The translations under genes and the position numbers were made by a program. From a virus (Duplodnaviria > Caudoviricetes), in IMG/VR virus record IMGVR_UViG_3300042291_001013: 64,000 bases of DNA; one strand, written 5' to 3'. Positions 46,945 to 56,298 of this stretch are shown piece after piece; positions within the stretch are counted from its first letter, which is position 1; every line of letters starts with the position of its first letter. Below the pieces are notes generated by a model. It searched no databases, was not told where the DNA came from, and saw only the letters and a list, made by a program, of their open reading frames with translations.

Positions 46945-47232
46945 TTACAAAATCATACGAACCAACCCTACTGTGTCGATAGTGGTCAACAGTAAATAGT
47001 TAGCCAACATGCCAAAAGATTTCCTAGTCCAACTAGCCCAAGCATACAAACTACAGCCAGCAATCCAAACAGGATAAAGAGCAAGAAGCGGGGGATTGGG
47101 GACTGTGAGTGCCATAGTAATACTGCAACCCACACTAATAGCCCATGCAACAAGCTCAATAACAAAGCGAACTCGATTAGATTTAAAGTCATCTCGTATC
47201 CAAGTAAATGTGTTAAGAAATATATTGTTCAT
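46945..47232 (-). CDS. membrane protein (about 3 TM)
   Basis: Hydrophobic ORF. Confidence 0.6.
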   Translation of the reverse strand: MNNIFLNTFTWIRDDFKSNRVRFVIELVAWAISVGCSITMALTVPNPPLLALYPVWIAGCSLYAWASWTRKSFGMLANYLLLTTIDTVGLVRMIL

Positions 47233-48235
47233 AAAGTTGTTCACTTGCCAAGTTTTTGCCTTTGGCTTCGACTTGTATATCAAACTGATCACGAAAGCCC
47301 AAGACCCATGAATTCACAGCTGAATTCCAACAGAAGTCACTGTGGGCCCGGAGCTTCTGCTTCTTATAACCTCTAGCAAGAAGTTCAGCAAGGTCTGGTC
47401 GAACGTTTCGATCATGGTCGACCAAAACGTCCTCGCGACTAGTACTAAAATGCATTGCAGGACGAACACCGCGCCAGCTGTCAATAACCCGACTTGTACG
47501 AACGTCCTGCGGTTCGATGTATTCGCCTGTGTTGATCCAGTGGTGGTGTACATCCAACACAAGAGCCACATGCTGAGCCACAGCCAAAGTAGAGTCCAAT
47601 CCATTTGTCATCTCGTCATTCTCGATGGTCATCAAGTTCCTGGCCTCTGGAGTGAGGCGACCCAAGGTCTTTAGGAATTTAGCGGCACCACCTTTGCCAC
47701 TTAAATGTACATTTATCTTGAATCCGTGATCATGCCAACTTTTACCGTAACCCATCCACCGAGCCATGTCTGCGTGGTACTCGAATTCCAGTATTGATCG
47801 TTCAACAATTTCGTCCGACTCACTAGCCAGTACGCAGAATTGCCCAGGGTGAAAAGAGAGCCGCACACCAAGATCTCGAGCACGAGCACCGATCGGATCA
47901 AAGATCTTGGCACAGTGATCTTGAACATCCTGCTGTTGCCAAAACGGAATCCAATCTTCATGTGTGTATCCTTGTAGCATTTCTGAGCCTAGCCGCACCA
48001 TGCGTCGACCTTCGGGCAGGGTGGCCACACGCTCTATCATGAGCAGGGCCGCACGAGCATTGTGGTTCATGATGTCCCACTGACGCTGTTCCGCTTCGCT
48101 TTTGTGTTCGCGAAGCCACCTCATAGTAGTTGATCTGCCGTTTAGGTCACGGTCCTTTGCATTGACTTTCATGCCCCCACATTCATTAGGGTCATTGAGC
48201 CACTTGCAACAAAAGCCAATTCTAGGTGTAGTCAT
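47213..48235 (-). CDS. uvdE: UV damage endonuclease (UvdE/UvsE)
   Basis: RIGFCC, RLSFHPGQF.VL, IEND, LDVHHHW, HSD, VEAKGK. Confidence 0.9.
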   Translation of the reverse strand: MTTPRIGFCCKWLNDPNECGGMKVNAKDRDLNGRSTTMRWLREHKSEAEQRQWDIMNHNARAALLMIERVATLPEGRRMVRLGSEMLQGYTHEDWIPFWQQQDVQDHCAKIFDPIGARARDLGVRLSFHPGQFCVLASESDEIVERSILEFEYHADMARWMGYGKSWHDHGFKINVHLSGKGGAAKFLKTLGRLTPEARNLMTIENDEMTNGLDSTLAVAQHVALVLDVHHHWINTGEYIEPQDVRTSRVIDSWRGVRPAMHFSTSREDVLVDHDRNVRPDLAELLARGYKKQKLRAHSDFCWNSAVNSWVLGFRDQFDIQVEAKGKNLASEQLYEQYIS

Positions 48236-48241
48236 GTGTTG

Positions 48242-48270
48242 ATTATACAGCAATTTCCATTAATTGTCAA
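48242..48270 (-). promoter_or_regulatory. consensus promoter TTGACA-N17-TATAAT, 6 nt before the uvdE ATG
   Basis: Read directly. Confidence 0.8.
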
Positions 48271-48300
48271 ATACAATCTTCCGATATAAATACACGCACT

Positions 48301-48618
48301 ATGACCATTAAACTTATTGACACCTATGATAGAGCCATTGTTGAGCCATTGGGCATAATTCGGGAAGATTTACTGAATGATCGCTCTGAATTTGCTATGT
48401 TCCAGCCCAATAGTCTGTCCCGTGAATTCATGCAACAACAAGTTGCAGATGGACATTTTCCATCAACTCAACAGCCCGAAGACAGTATTGTTTGGACTGA
48501 CACCGAGTGCATTGTGACCATTGTTTGGAACGACCACAGTGCGGCAACATCACACAGTGCCCGAAAGTTGGCAGCTAACTATCCGGGCATGAAAAGCAGT
48601 GTGGTGGTTGAAGACTAA
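48301..48618 (+). CDS. hypothetical protein
   Basis: TATAAATA upstream. Confidence 0.55.
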   Translation: MTIKLIDTYDRAIVEPLGIIREDLLNDRSEFAMFQPNSLSREFMQQQVADGHFPSTQQPEDSIVWTDTECIVTIVWNDHSAATSHSARKLAANYPGMKSSVVVED

Positions 48619-49526
48619 CCGCGATTCAAATCCAGGGTAACACAATGAAAGCCGCCTCCTAGAGTGCGGCTTTGTCTTAGCCGCAAGGGAACAACTTCAA
48701 ATTTATAGCTCTTTAGAGTCTTGATTAATTCGGGTTGATCAGCATCGCAAATTACAGTGTGTGGATCTACTACCAGCATGTTCATGGCAATCCATTTTGA
48801 TGCATAGGGATACTGGTAAAAATCTTGTGCCACAACATCATTTACCCAGATTTTGTGCCAGCCATCAAACACTCGGGGCACAGTGTTGAATCCAACTCTT
48901 TGACTGTTCAGCAGTACCAGGCCTTCACGCAAGGGCACAATGGTTGAATCAATATGCACACCAGCATAAAAATTACACAGCTCTATTGTGACATCTGGAA
49001 ACTGCGCACACAACCAATCATACGCTTTTCGATTGCCTGACGCTGATTCCAAATACAACATTTTATCCCCAAGACGACAAACATTTGCCGCATCCAGTGT
49101 CATGCCTTCGTTACGGGGCATAAAGTGATAGTGCTCAGCTTCATCTACAATGTCATGATAGCATTGCAGTTCCATGTCTCTACAAGGATACATCATGGCA
49201 GGATTTACAATACTGTTACCATAAACCAGCAAACGATCACGAGGGCAGTAGTTATACATACCATCATGGGTTTGAAAGTTGAGTGGGTCTGGGCGCACAA
49301 CTTCTACACCAAGGCTTGTCAGTGTGGTTGCTAGTATATCTAAGTCTTCGTTGGCTTCATCTATGATGCGTTGTGGAGCCGGACCACGTGGAACCGGTGT
49401 TTCCTTCCAGGTGGTCTTTTCTGATTCTCGAGAAAACACAGGGTCCAGCACAGGCCAGTTGGCATGTGTAGCATCTCCCACAATCACTCGCCGAAGTGGG
49501 CTCCATTCATCATAACTTGATATCAT
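48615..49526 (-). CDS. amidinotransferase (glycine/inosamine-phosphate type)
   Basis: DEWSPLRRVIVG, CPRD, DAAN, HID, GGGFHC catalytic motifs. Confidence 0.88.
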   Translation of the reverse strand: MISSYDEWSPLRRVIVGDATHANWPVLDPVFSRESEKTTWKETPVPRGPAPQRIIDEANEDLDILATTLTSLGVEVVRPDPLNFQTHDGMYNYCPRDRLLVYGNSIVNPAMMYPCRDMELQCYHDIVDEAEHYHFMPRNEGMTLDAANVCRLGDKMLYLESASGNRKAYDWLCAQFPDVTIELCNFYAGVHIDSTIVPLREGLVLLNSQRVGFNTVPRVFDGWHKIWVNDVVAQDFYQYPYASKWIAMNMLVVDPHTVICDADQPELIKTLKSYKFEVVPLRLRQSRTLGGGFHCVTLDLNRG

Positions 49527-50041
49527 ATGTGTCCAGTAATTTGTAAAGTGTATCTAGGGGTTGAGCCTGCGTTGGCTGCCATATGAGGCGTATCATAATT
49601 CCATTCAACAGTGTCTCCGGCTTGCCAGCCTGTATAGGCTTGATCAACATACTCAGCATAGTGCCCTGGTTGCCAGTCTTCAAGAAATACAATAGCTCGG
49701 CGAATAGTACTTTCCAGTCCTTGTAGATTGAATAGTTGAATGTACTTGACGTAGCGATCCTGGTGCGTGGGCAGTATAGTGCCAGGCATCATTCTATAAT
49801 AGCTGGTGCCCACATCTTTCCACCCAAGCTCTTGATAAATTTCCACAAACCGTTGATTCCACTTGGGCTGTACTGATCGCATGTCGCACATGTCGCCAGT
49901 AAAGCGATTGGGGAAACCAAGGCTTAGCCAATTTGCCAAGTTGACTGGGTCGTTAAACTCTTCATTTATGTACAGCAGAGTTTTAAACTCGTCATCCCAG
50001 AACTGGGGAATGTGATATTTAATTGTGCCGTGTATTGCCAT
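49523..50041 (-). CDS. 2OG-Fe(II)-type oxygenase (Asp/Asn beta-hydroxylase-like)
   Basis: PTHQD (HxD), PH.AAN, RYTLQITG. Confidence 0.7.
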   Translation of the reverse strand: MAIHGTIKYHIPQFWDDEFKTLLYINEEFNDPVNLANWLSLGFPNRFTGDMCDMRSVQPKWNQRFVEIYQELGWKDVGTSYYRMMPGTILPTHQDRYVKYIQLFNLQGLESTIRRAIVFLEDWQPGHYAEYVDQAYTGWQAGDTVEWNYDTPHMAANAGSTPRYTLQITGHI

Positions 50042-51260
50042 AGTGTACAACCTCAACCTCAGCGGTTGATTCTAGTTTGCGCCAAGGGTCAACAATGATT
50101 GATCCTGGCTCAATAGCGCAGTAGGGTTTGGTGTCAGCTTGATCGCCTGTGTACTCATAAGTGATTTTGCGATTGTGTGCCCACAAAAATATTGCAGGGG
50201 TATCAACACCATCCACCACTTTGTCTTTGTTGTCAGCCAAGGGATCAACATACACAACTGATCTACCTTCCATTTCAACATAGTGCCCTACTAGAGTAGA
50301 GTAACTACCAATGCAGTATTCTACATCAGGCTTGTAGGCTTTGCCATGAATCACAATGGGCATGTTGTTGTTCATCACACTGATATCAACCAAGAACATG
50401 GCCAAGTTTTTTGCTTGTATTTCTCTAGCATGCATCACTGTGTCAAACAAGTCGTAACCAATGTTGTATTCTTTTGCCAACCAACGCAGAGCAATGTTGT
50501 CACGTGGGTGACATGCACCTGCATCACCCATGCCTGCTGTCATGTACTTGGGCCCCATGATACGCATGGTGCTACGTGCCAGTGCGTTCGTAACAACATC
50601 CACATTGATGTTACCAATGCGCAGAGCAAAGTCCTGAATCATGTTGACTAAGCCAACCTTGGCTGAAATGAATGTATTGTAAAAGATCTTGATGGCTTCG
50701 CACTCGTCCCAGGTACCAATTTCATAACGTGGATCGTTTTGCATTACCGTGTCATACAGCTCTCGTAGCTCACCGGCTAGTGCGTTGGGATTACCATCTT
50801 CAGTACCAATCATGATCATCTCAGGGTTCACCATGTCCCACTTAACTGAGCCCATGGCAATCAAGTAAGGATTGTACAAGAACTGATGTTTGGCATCCAA
50901 CAACGGCACAAAGTGTTTGCGAGTGGTGCCGGGTAATACTGTACTAATCAACACAATCTTCTTGGGGCTGGTTGCATATTTGTTAACATTCTTGATGGCG
51001 TCAATCACAGCCGTGTGCCCAAAGTCTCTAGGCTCCATGTGTGAGCTTGGGACCGACCCATCATAGCCCTCAGTATGCGGCGTGGGCACAGCAATAAAAA
51101 TCCATTCACTTTCATTAACAAGTTCGTCAATGTCGCAGACTTTTACACTGTCACTGACTCGTGGGTAAATATCGTAACCTCTGACTTCATGTTTCTCTGC
51201 CATGACTTCAGCGCAATCAAGACCCAACTTGCCAATCCCAATAAAACCAATTTTCTTCAT
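50019..51260 (-). CDS. UDP-glucose/GDP-mannose dehydrogenase family protein
   Basis: GxGxxG, IAVPTP, STVLPGT, K..YN.F, GAC.PRD, KAYKP. Confidence 0.85.
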   Translation of the reverse strand: MKKIGFIGIGKLGLDCAEVMAEKHEVRGYDIYPRVSDSVKVCDIDELVNESEWIFIAVPTPHTEGYDGSVPSSHMEPRDFGHTAVIDAIKNVNKYATSPKKIVLISTVLPGTTRKHFVPLLDAKHQFLYNPYLIAMGSVKWDMVNPEMIMIGTEDGNPNALAGELRELYDTVMQNDPRYEIGTWDECEAIKIFYNTFISAKVGLVNMIQDFALRIGNINVDVVTNALARSTMRIMGPKYMTAGMGDAGACHPRDNIALRWLAKEYNIGYDLFDTVMHAREIQAKNLAMFLVDISVMNNNMPIVIHGKAYKPDVEYCIGSYSTLVGHYVEMEGRSVVYVDPLADNKDKVVDGVDTPAIFLWAHNRKITYEYTGDQADTKPYCAIEPGSIIVDPWRKLESTAEVEVVHYGNTRHN

Positions 51261-52487
51261 ATGAGTGTTCCTTTAGATAGATTATATGACTATTTGTATG
51301 GTCTTTGCAACCATAACGATATCTTAATTTATCGCTGGTATCCACATGGCTCAAGAAAAAGAGAGCACTGCCAGTGGGTTGAAGATGATATTAAAACCCT
51401 AACGTTTTTTGATAGAATTACTAGACCTTATCTTGTGTGCCATGATCAAGAGCCTTTGAATTTTGCCCTGTATCAAACCATTCCCAAAAGTACTCTGCAT
51501 GATCTAGTAGACAGTAGATATTTGGCTTATGATCGAGTGCTATTACTACACAGCGAAAAACGCAGTCGCGAGCTAGCAAAATTTGAACAAGACGATGCAA
51601 TTGGAGTATACTATTGGGGACATGCCATGATTGCGCGAGATTGGTTCAGGTATGCTGAACACGATCAACGGCTGGCCAAATCTGCACCCAAAAAAGATTT
51701 TTTGGTATACAATCGTGCATGGAGTGGCACTAGAGAGTACCGACTAAAGTTTGCTGAAATGATAGTGGACAATGCCCTTGATTTGCACTGTCACATGAAC
51801 TTCAGTATTAATGATGGATTACCCTATACTCATCATCAGTTCAAAAACTCCAATTTAAAAATTGCAAGAACGGATCTTGAACAATTTTTTATTGCCAACG
51901 AGGCCAAGAGTTGTTTCAGTGCAGACTATGCCACACAGGACTACCGACAGACTCGAATTGAAATTGTGCTGGAAACACTGTTTGACGACACACGATGGCA
52001 CTTGACTGAAAAAGTACTGAGGCCCATTGCTTGTGGTAAACCGTTTATACTTGCAGCCACTCCGGGTAGTTTGGATTATCTACGCAGTTATGGATTTCAA
52101 ACATTTGGGCAGTGGATTGATGAGTCCTATGACAATATAGTTGACCCTAGAGAAAGACTGATTGCTGTGGTCAAAGAAATGAAAAAGTTTGCTAACCTGA
52201 GCCCTGAAGAAAAACAGCAAATGTGCCAACAGATGCAAGCAGTGTGTGATCACAACCGGGCTCATTTTTTCAGTGACGATTTTTTAAATCAAGTGCTGGG
52301 CGAATTTACTACAAACCTAGACCGTGCGTTAACCATAAGCAAACAACAGTGCTCGGCTCGTTGGCTTAAAGTTGTGTTGAGATCTGCAGGGTCAGTTGAG
52401 CGTTTTGTAAACCGAGATCCTGATGGTGCCACTCGAGAAGATTTAGTAAAATTCTGGCGGTGGTTTCAAGCCCGTGATGCCAAATAA
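51261..52487 (+). CDS. putative glycosyltransferase-like protein
   Basis: IVLET..LTEKVLRPIACGKPFIL..GF.TF..DESYD; start at MSVPLD. Confidence 0.5.
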   Translation: MSVPLDRLYDYLYGLCNHNDILIYRWYPHGSRKREHCQWVEDDIKTLTFFDRITRPYLVCHDQEPLNFALYQTIPKSTLHDLVDSRYLAYDRVLLLHSEKRSRELAKFEQDDAIGVYYWGHAMIARDWFRYAEHDQRLAKSAPKKDFLVYNRAWSGTREYRLKFAEMIVDNALDLHCHMNFSINDGLPYTHHQFKNSNLKIARTDLEQFFIANEAKSCFSADYATQDYRQTRIEIVLETLFDDTRWHLTEKVLRPIACGKPFILAATPGSLDYLRSYGFQTFGQWIDESYDNIVDPRERLIAVVKEMKKFANLSPEEKQQMCQQMQAVCDHNRAHFFSDDFLNQVLGEFTTNLDRALTISKQQCSARWLKVVLRSAGSVERFVNRDPDGATREDLVKFWRWFQARDAK

Positions 52488-52494
52488 ATATTAG

Positions 52495-54543
52495 ATGTTG
52501 AAAAAAATAGCATTAAGTCCTTGGACGGCCTTGTTAACATTGGCACTTGTTTTAAGTATAAGAATTGCTGATCCTGTCTTTGTAGAAAGTGTAAGACTGC
52601 GCTACTTTGACACGCTGATTACTGACCGTGCTGTCACTGTGAGTGAACAAATTCACGTGGTCAACATTGACGATCGCGCCATTGCTGAACGTGGACAATT
52701 TCCCTTTCCTAGAAGTCAGTATGCTGCCATAATCAAAGCCCTTGATGATCGCAATGCTGGTGTGATTGTGTTTAACATATTCATGCCTGATGCGGATCGT
52801 TTTGGGCAAGACTCTGCCCTGGCTCGGCAACTCAAACAGAGTACAGTGGTGTTGCCACACATGGCCACCAACGAAGACGCTGTGCCCAAGTACCCACCCT
52901 ACAGACCCGGAGTTTCTGTAATAGGCTCTGGCTTGCCGGGCATAGCGTATCAAAGTATTCAACCCAACGTGAGGTTACTAAATGAAACAGCAAGCGGTAT
53001 TGGTATTGTTAACACTTTGCCTGAAATCGACGGCGTTGTACGCCGAGTCCCCCAAGTCATCACAGTTGGAGAACAAGTCTATCCCTCCATCAGTCTTGAA
53101 ACGCTTAGAGTTGCTGCCGGAGATCCCAGCTTCCAGGTCCGAGTCAATGACGGAAGCGTTGAAGCAGTTAGAATTCCACAGTTTGGAAAAATTCCAACAG
53201 ACAATCTCGGTAGAATCTGGGTGGATTGGTCATCCCAGCCGCAAGAACATTCCTTGGCTGATTTGCCAAAGGACTTCCAAGGTGGAATTGTCATTGTTGG
53301 ACTCACCGCTCGCGGGCTCAACAACCCCGTCGCAACTGCAAGAGGAGAAGTCTATCCGCACCATTTGCAAGCCAGCGTACTAGCCACTGTGGCTGCAGGC
53401 ACAAATATTGTGCGTCCAGACTACGCAGACGGAGTTGAAATACTTGCTATTTTAGCCGCAGGTGTGTTATTATTAATTTTTACAAGGTGGGTTTATGTTG
53501 GACTGGCATCGTTGGTTGGAATATGCGCTGTACTTGCGTATGGCAGTTACTTTAGTTTTGTCAATTACCTTTGGCTATTTGACGTTACCCTCCCAGTCGC
53601 AGGCATCGTCCTCGTCGGGCTACACGCCTACGGAGTCAAGTTTGTCTCAGAGTTCCTCCAAAAACAAGCAATCAAAAAACAATTCGCAGGCTACTGTTCC
53701 AAGGAAGTGGTAGAGCTGTTGCAAAAAGATCCTGACTTGATCAAGCGCGGTGTGCGCAAAGACGTATCAGTTATGTTCAGTGACCTACGTGGATTTACTC
53801 CCATTGGTGAACACTACGGCGATGACGTAGCAGGACTTGGCCGATACATGAACGGCTACATGGACAGCATCAGTCAGCCCATGTTGGACAACAAGGGCAT
53901 GATCATCAAATATGTGGGTGATGCATCAATGCACATACATGGTGCTCCTATTGAAGACTTAAATCACGCACGAACAATCGTTGCTGTTGGCTTAGAAATG
54001 CTGGATGCTGTAGACGAATATACCAAGCTGATGGAAGCACAAGGCTTACCACCAGCCGCAATGGGGTGGGGTTGTAACACAGGCATTGGCTTTATTGGTG
54101 AGATGGGGTCAACAGAACGACACAGCTATGACATCTTGGGTGACATGGTTTCAACTGCGGCACGACTAGAAGCACGTTGCAAGGCCTATGGCGTGTTGGC
54201 CATTGTTGGTGCCGAAACTTACAATCGTACTCGAGATGACTTCTTCTATTTGTTGCTAGATAACTTACAACCCAAAGGCAAAACAGTAGCAGACTTGATC
54301 TACACAGTACTACGCACACGTGGTGCGGATTATACTAAAGAACTTGAAACCCACACCAAGATGCATGCCTTGTACAAAGAAAAACAATTTGATGCGGCAG
54401 TTATCTTATGCGAAGAATTGCACGGCAAGTTTGGCGGGCAAATGGACAAGTACTACAAGATGTGGATTGAACGCTGTGGGTTCATGAAGCAACAAGACTT
54501 ACCTGACAACTGGAACGGTGAGTTTGTTGCGCACGAAAAGTAA
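52495..54543 (+). CDS. CHASE2-domain class III adenylate cyclase
   Basis: N-terminal TM, CHASE2 (VVNIDD, FPFPR, DGVVRR), 3 TM, FSDLRGFT, KYVGD, GD.V.TAARLE. Confidence 0.9.
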   Translation: MLKKIALSPWTALLTLALVLSIRIADPVFVESVRLRYFDTLITDRAVTVSEQIHVVNIDDRAIAERGQFPFPRSQYAAIIKALDDRNAGVIVFNIFMPDADRFGQDSALARQLKQSTVVLPHMATNEDAVPKYPPYRPGVSVIGSGLPGIAYQSIQPNVRLLNETASGIGIVNTLPEIDGVVRRVPQVITVGEQVYPSISLETLRVAAGDPSFQVRVNDGSVEAVRIPQFGKIPTDNLGRIWVDWSSQPQEHSLADLPKDFQGGIVIVGLTARGLNNPVATARGEVYPHHLQASVLATVAAGTNIVRPDYADGVEILAILAAGVLLLIFTRWVYVGLASLVGICAVLAYGSYFSFVNYLWLFDVTLPVAGIVLVGLHAYGVKFVSEFLQKQAIKKQFAGYCSKEVVELLQKDPDLIKRGVRKDVSVMFSDLRGFTPIGEHYGDDVAGLGRYMNGYMDSISQPMLDNKGMIIKYVGDASMHIHGAPIEDLNHARTIVAVGLEMLDAVDEYTKLMEAQGLPPAAMGWGCNTGIGFIGEMGSTERHSYDILGDMVSTAARLEARCKAYGVLAIVGAETYNRTRDDFFYLLLDNLQPKGKTVADLIYTVLRTRGADYTKELETHTKMHALYKEKQFDAAVILCEELHGKFGGQMDKYYKMWIERCGFMKQQDLPDNWNGEFVAHEK

Positions 54544-54544
54544 T

Positions 54545-55282
54545 CTAAGTTCTTAATTTGGCAAGACCCAGTGCTCTAAACACTGTGAGCCACATCCAGC
54601 CTGCATCAAACTCAAACCATCGTCTGCTTAGTCGAGGGTTAGCAGGATCCAAATGATGGTTATTATGCAGGCATTCCCCACCAACAATAATATCCCAAGG
54701 AACAATGTTTCTGCTGTGATCTTTAGTTTCGCCATTTCTATATCCCCACCAATGTCCAATGCCGTTGATAACACCAGCGGCCCAGAATGGAATCCAAATC
54801 ATTTGTATACCCCAAATTAGCGGTCCCCACCAGCCAAATATCAAGGTGTTGAGCACAAAGAGAATGCCAATGCCAAGTCTGCTGTGAGGAGTGTATACGT
54901 TGTGCTCCATCCAATCAGCAGGAGTACCAACACCATATGCGTCAACCATGACTTTATCTTTTGATGCTTCATGATATAAGCCTGCTCCTCGAAAGAAAAC
55001 CTGTTGAATTCCATACACATGCGGTGAGTGTGGATCTCCGGGTTGATCACTGTGCCTGTGATGCTTGCGGTGGATAGCCACCCATTGCTTTGTGACCATG
55101 CCTGTTGTGAGCCATAACCAGGCTCGCATAAAGTGTTCAAGTATGGGGTGAAATTCTATTCCTCTGTGAGCTTGTCCACGATGCAAGTAAAGTGTCACGC
55201 ACACTATGGTAATGTGTGTCATTACCAGGGTTGCTATTAGTTCTGTCATCAAGTACTTAACTCTTTTCTGACTTGGCAGCAA
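54545..55282 (-). CDS. acyl-CoA (delta-9-type) fatty acid desaturase
   Basis: His boxes HRGQAH, HRKHH, HNNHH. Confidence 0.9.
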   Translation of the reverse strand: MLPSQKRVKYLMTELIATLVMTHITIVCVTLYLHRGQAHRGIEFHPILEHFMRAWLWLTTGMVTKQWVAIHRKHHRHSDQPGDPHSPHVYGIQQVFFRGAGLYHEASKDKVMVDAYGVGTPADWMEHNVYTPHSRLGIGILFVLNTLIFGWWGPLIWGIQMIWIPFWAAGVINGIGHWWGYRNGETKDHSRNIVPWDIIVGGECLHNNHHLDPANPRLSRRWFEFDAGWMWLTVFRALGLAKLRT

Positions 55283-55604
55283 TCTTATCTACTTCGTCCA
55301 TGGCTTCGTGAAACTTGGCATTGGCCGCAGATTCAACCTTTTGTGTTTCCATCACACGATCACTTTCAATCATTTTGCCACGCAGGTGCAACACAGTATT
55401 GACCTTTTGATTCAGTCGAATAAGATCATTGTCCAGCATGCGTATGCGGTCAATAAGAGCAATCAACACTGAGTTGGCATCTGAGATAACAGGCTTGACT
55501 TCTTTTGTGGCCCATTCCCACACATACTTGATGATATAGCCCATGCCCACTGCCATCACAATGGGAAAGCCATATTTGTTTACTAAATCTACTACTTCAC
55601 TCAT
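55257..55604 (-). CDS. single-TM coiled-coil protein (holin-like, GFPI family)
   Basis: YGFPIVMAVGMGY followed by a coiled coil. Confidence 0.55.
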   Translation of the reverse strand: MSEVVDLVNKYGFPIVMAVGMGYIIKYVWEWATKEVKPVISDANSVLIALIDRIRMLDNDLIRLNQKVNTVLHLRGKMIESDRVMETQKVESAANAKFHEAMDEVDKIAAKSEKS

Positions 55605-55788
55605 TTTTATTAGACCCTTCTAAAACAAATTGTACCAAGGGATCTACCTGGTGCAATCTTATCTTTCCATTGACTTCGATCATCTGCCAGAACTGTCCAT
55701 GCTTCCAGCCCAGTTTCTCAGTGTTTAATTCTTTGTCTGGTACAATGTATCCAGGACCCAGATCCCAATTATAATCTAGATGTAGCAT
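55597..55788 (-). CDS. small hypothetical protein
   Basis: LGWKHGQ pattern, possibly AbrB-like. Confidence 0.5.
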   Translation of the reverse strand: MLHLDYNWDLGPGYIVPDKELNTEKLGWKHGQFWQMIEVNGKIRLHQVDPLVQFVLEGSNKNE

Positions 55789-55990
55789 TGTATTTTCCTT
55801 TTTGTTTTTTGGCTTCAGATACCATGCGGATCCATTCTTTTTTTGCGGCAAGATCATCTTTCATTCTGTCAAGTTTTGTAGCGCGAGAGCTACCAGTTAC
55901 ACCCAAGACCATGATATAACCCAGTCCAAGGCCTAACAAAAGATATGCAATGTAACTTAAATCCAATACAAAATTAACTTCGTAAATCAT
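55769..55990 (-). CDS. single-TM protein
   Basis: Hydrophobic helix and basic tail. Confidence 0.5.
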   Translation of the reverse strand: MIYEVNFVLDLSYIAYLLLGLGLGYIMVLGVTGSSRATKLDRMKDDLAAKKEWIRMVSEAKKQKGKYNATSRL

Positions 55991-56271
55991 CAGTCTCTCC
56001 TTGCATCGTTTTTACCGTCAGCTCGTGCAATACGATCAGTATCGGGTTTGAGGCCTAGTGCGCTTGACACAATAGTGTCAATGCGGATGACATCGTGGTT
56101 CATAGTTCTGACTCGATTGTCTAGTGCAGTAATAATGCCGGCCATGCCCTTGATTGCACTCAGCACACCTGCCAGTAGTAGTTTGATTGTGAGATACACA
56201 AAGTATCCGCCAGCCAGTGCCACTGCTATTGGAAACCCTAGATCACCAATCAGTTTGAAAATATCCCCCAT
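55990..56271 (-). CDS. single-TM protein (holin-like, GFPI family)
   Basis: LGFPIAVALAGGY; TAAATA and AAGGAG upstream. Confidence 0.55.
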   Translation of the reverse strand: MGDIFKLIGDLGFPIAVALAGGYFVYLTIKLLLAGVLSAIKGMAGIITALDNRVRTMNHDVIRIDTIVSSALGLKPDTDRIARADGKNDARRD

Positions 56272-56298
56272 GTCGGCTCCTTGTTTTTATAGCAGTAT

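Noticed and set aside
48620-48640. TTCAAATCC, resembling a tRNA T-loop
   Set aside because: It lies within the amidinotransferase 3' end and no cloverleaf is evident. No tRNA was recognised anywhere in the window, though tRNAscan-SE was not run.
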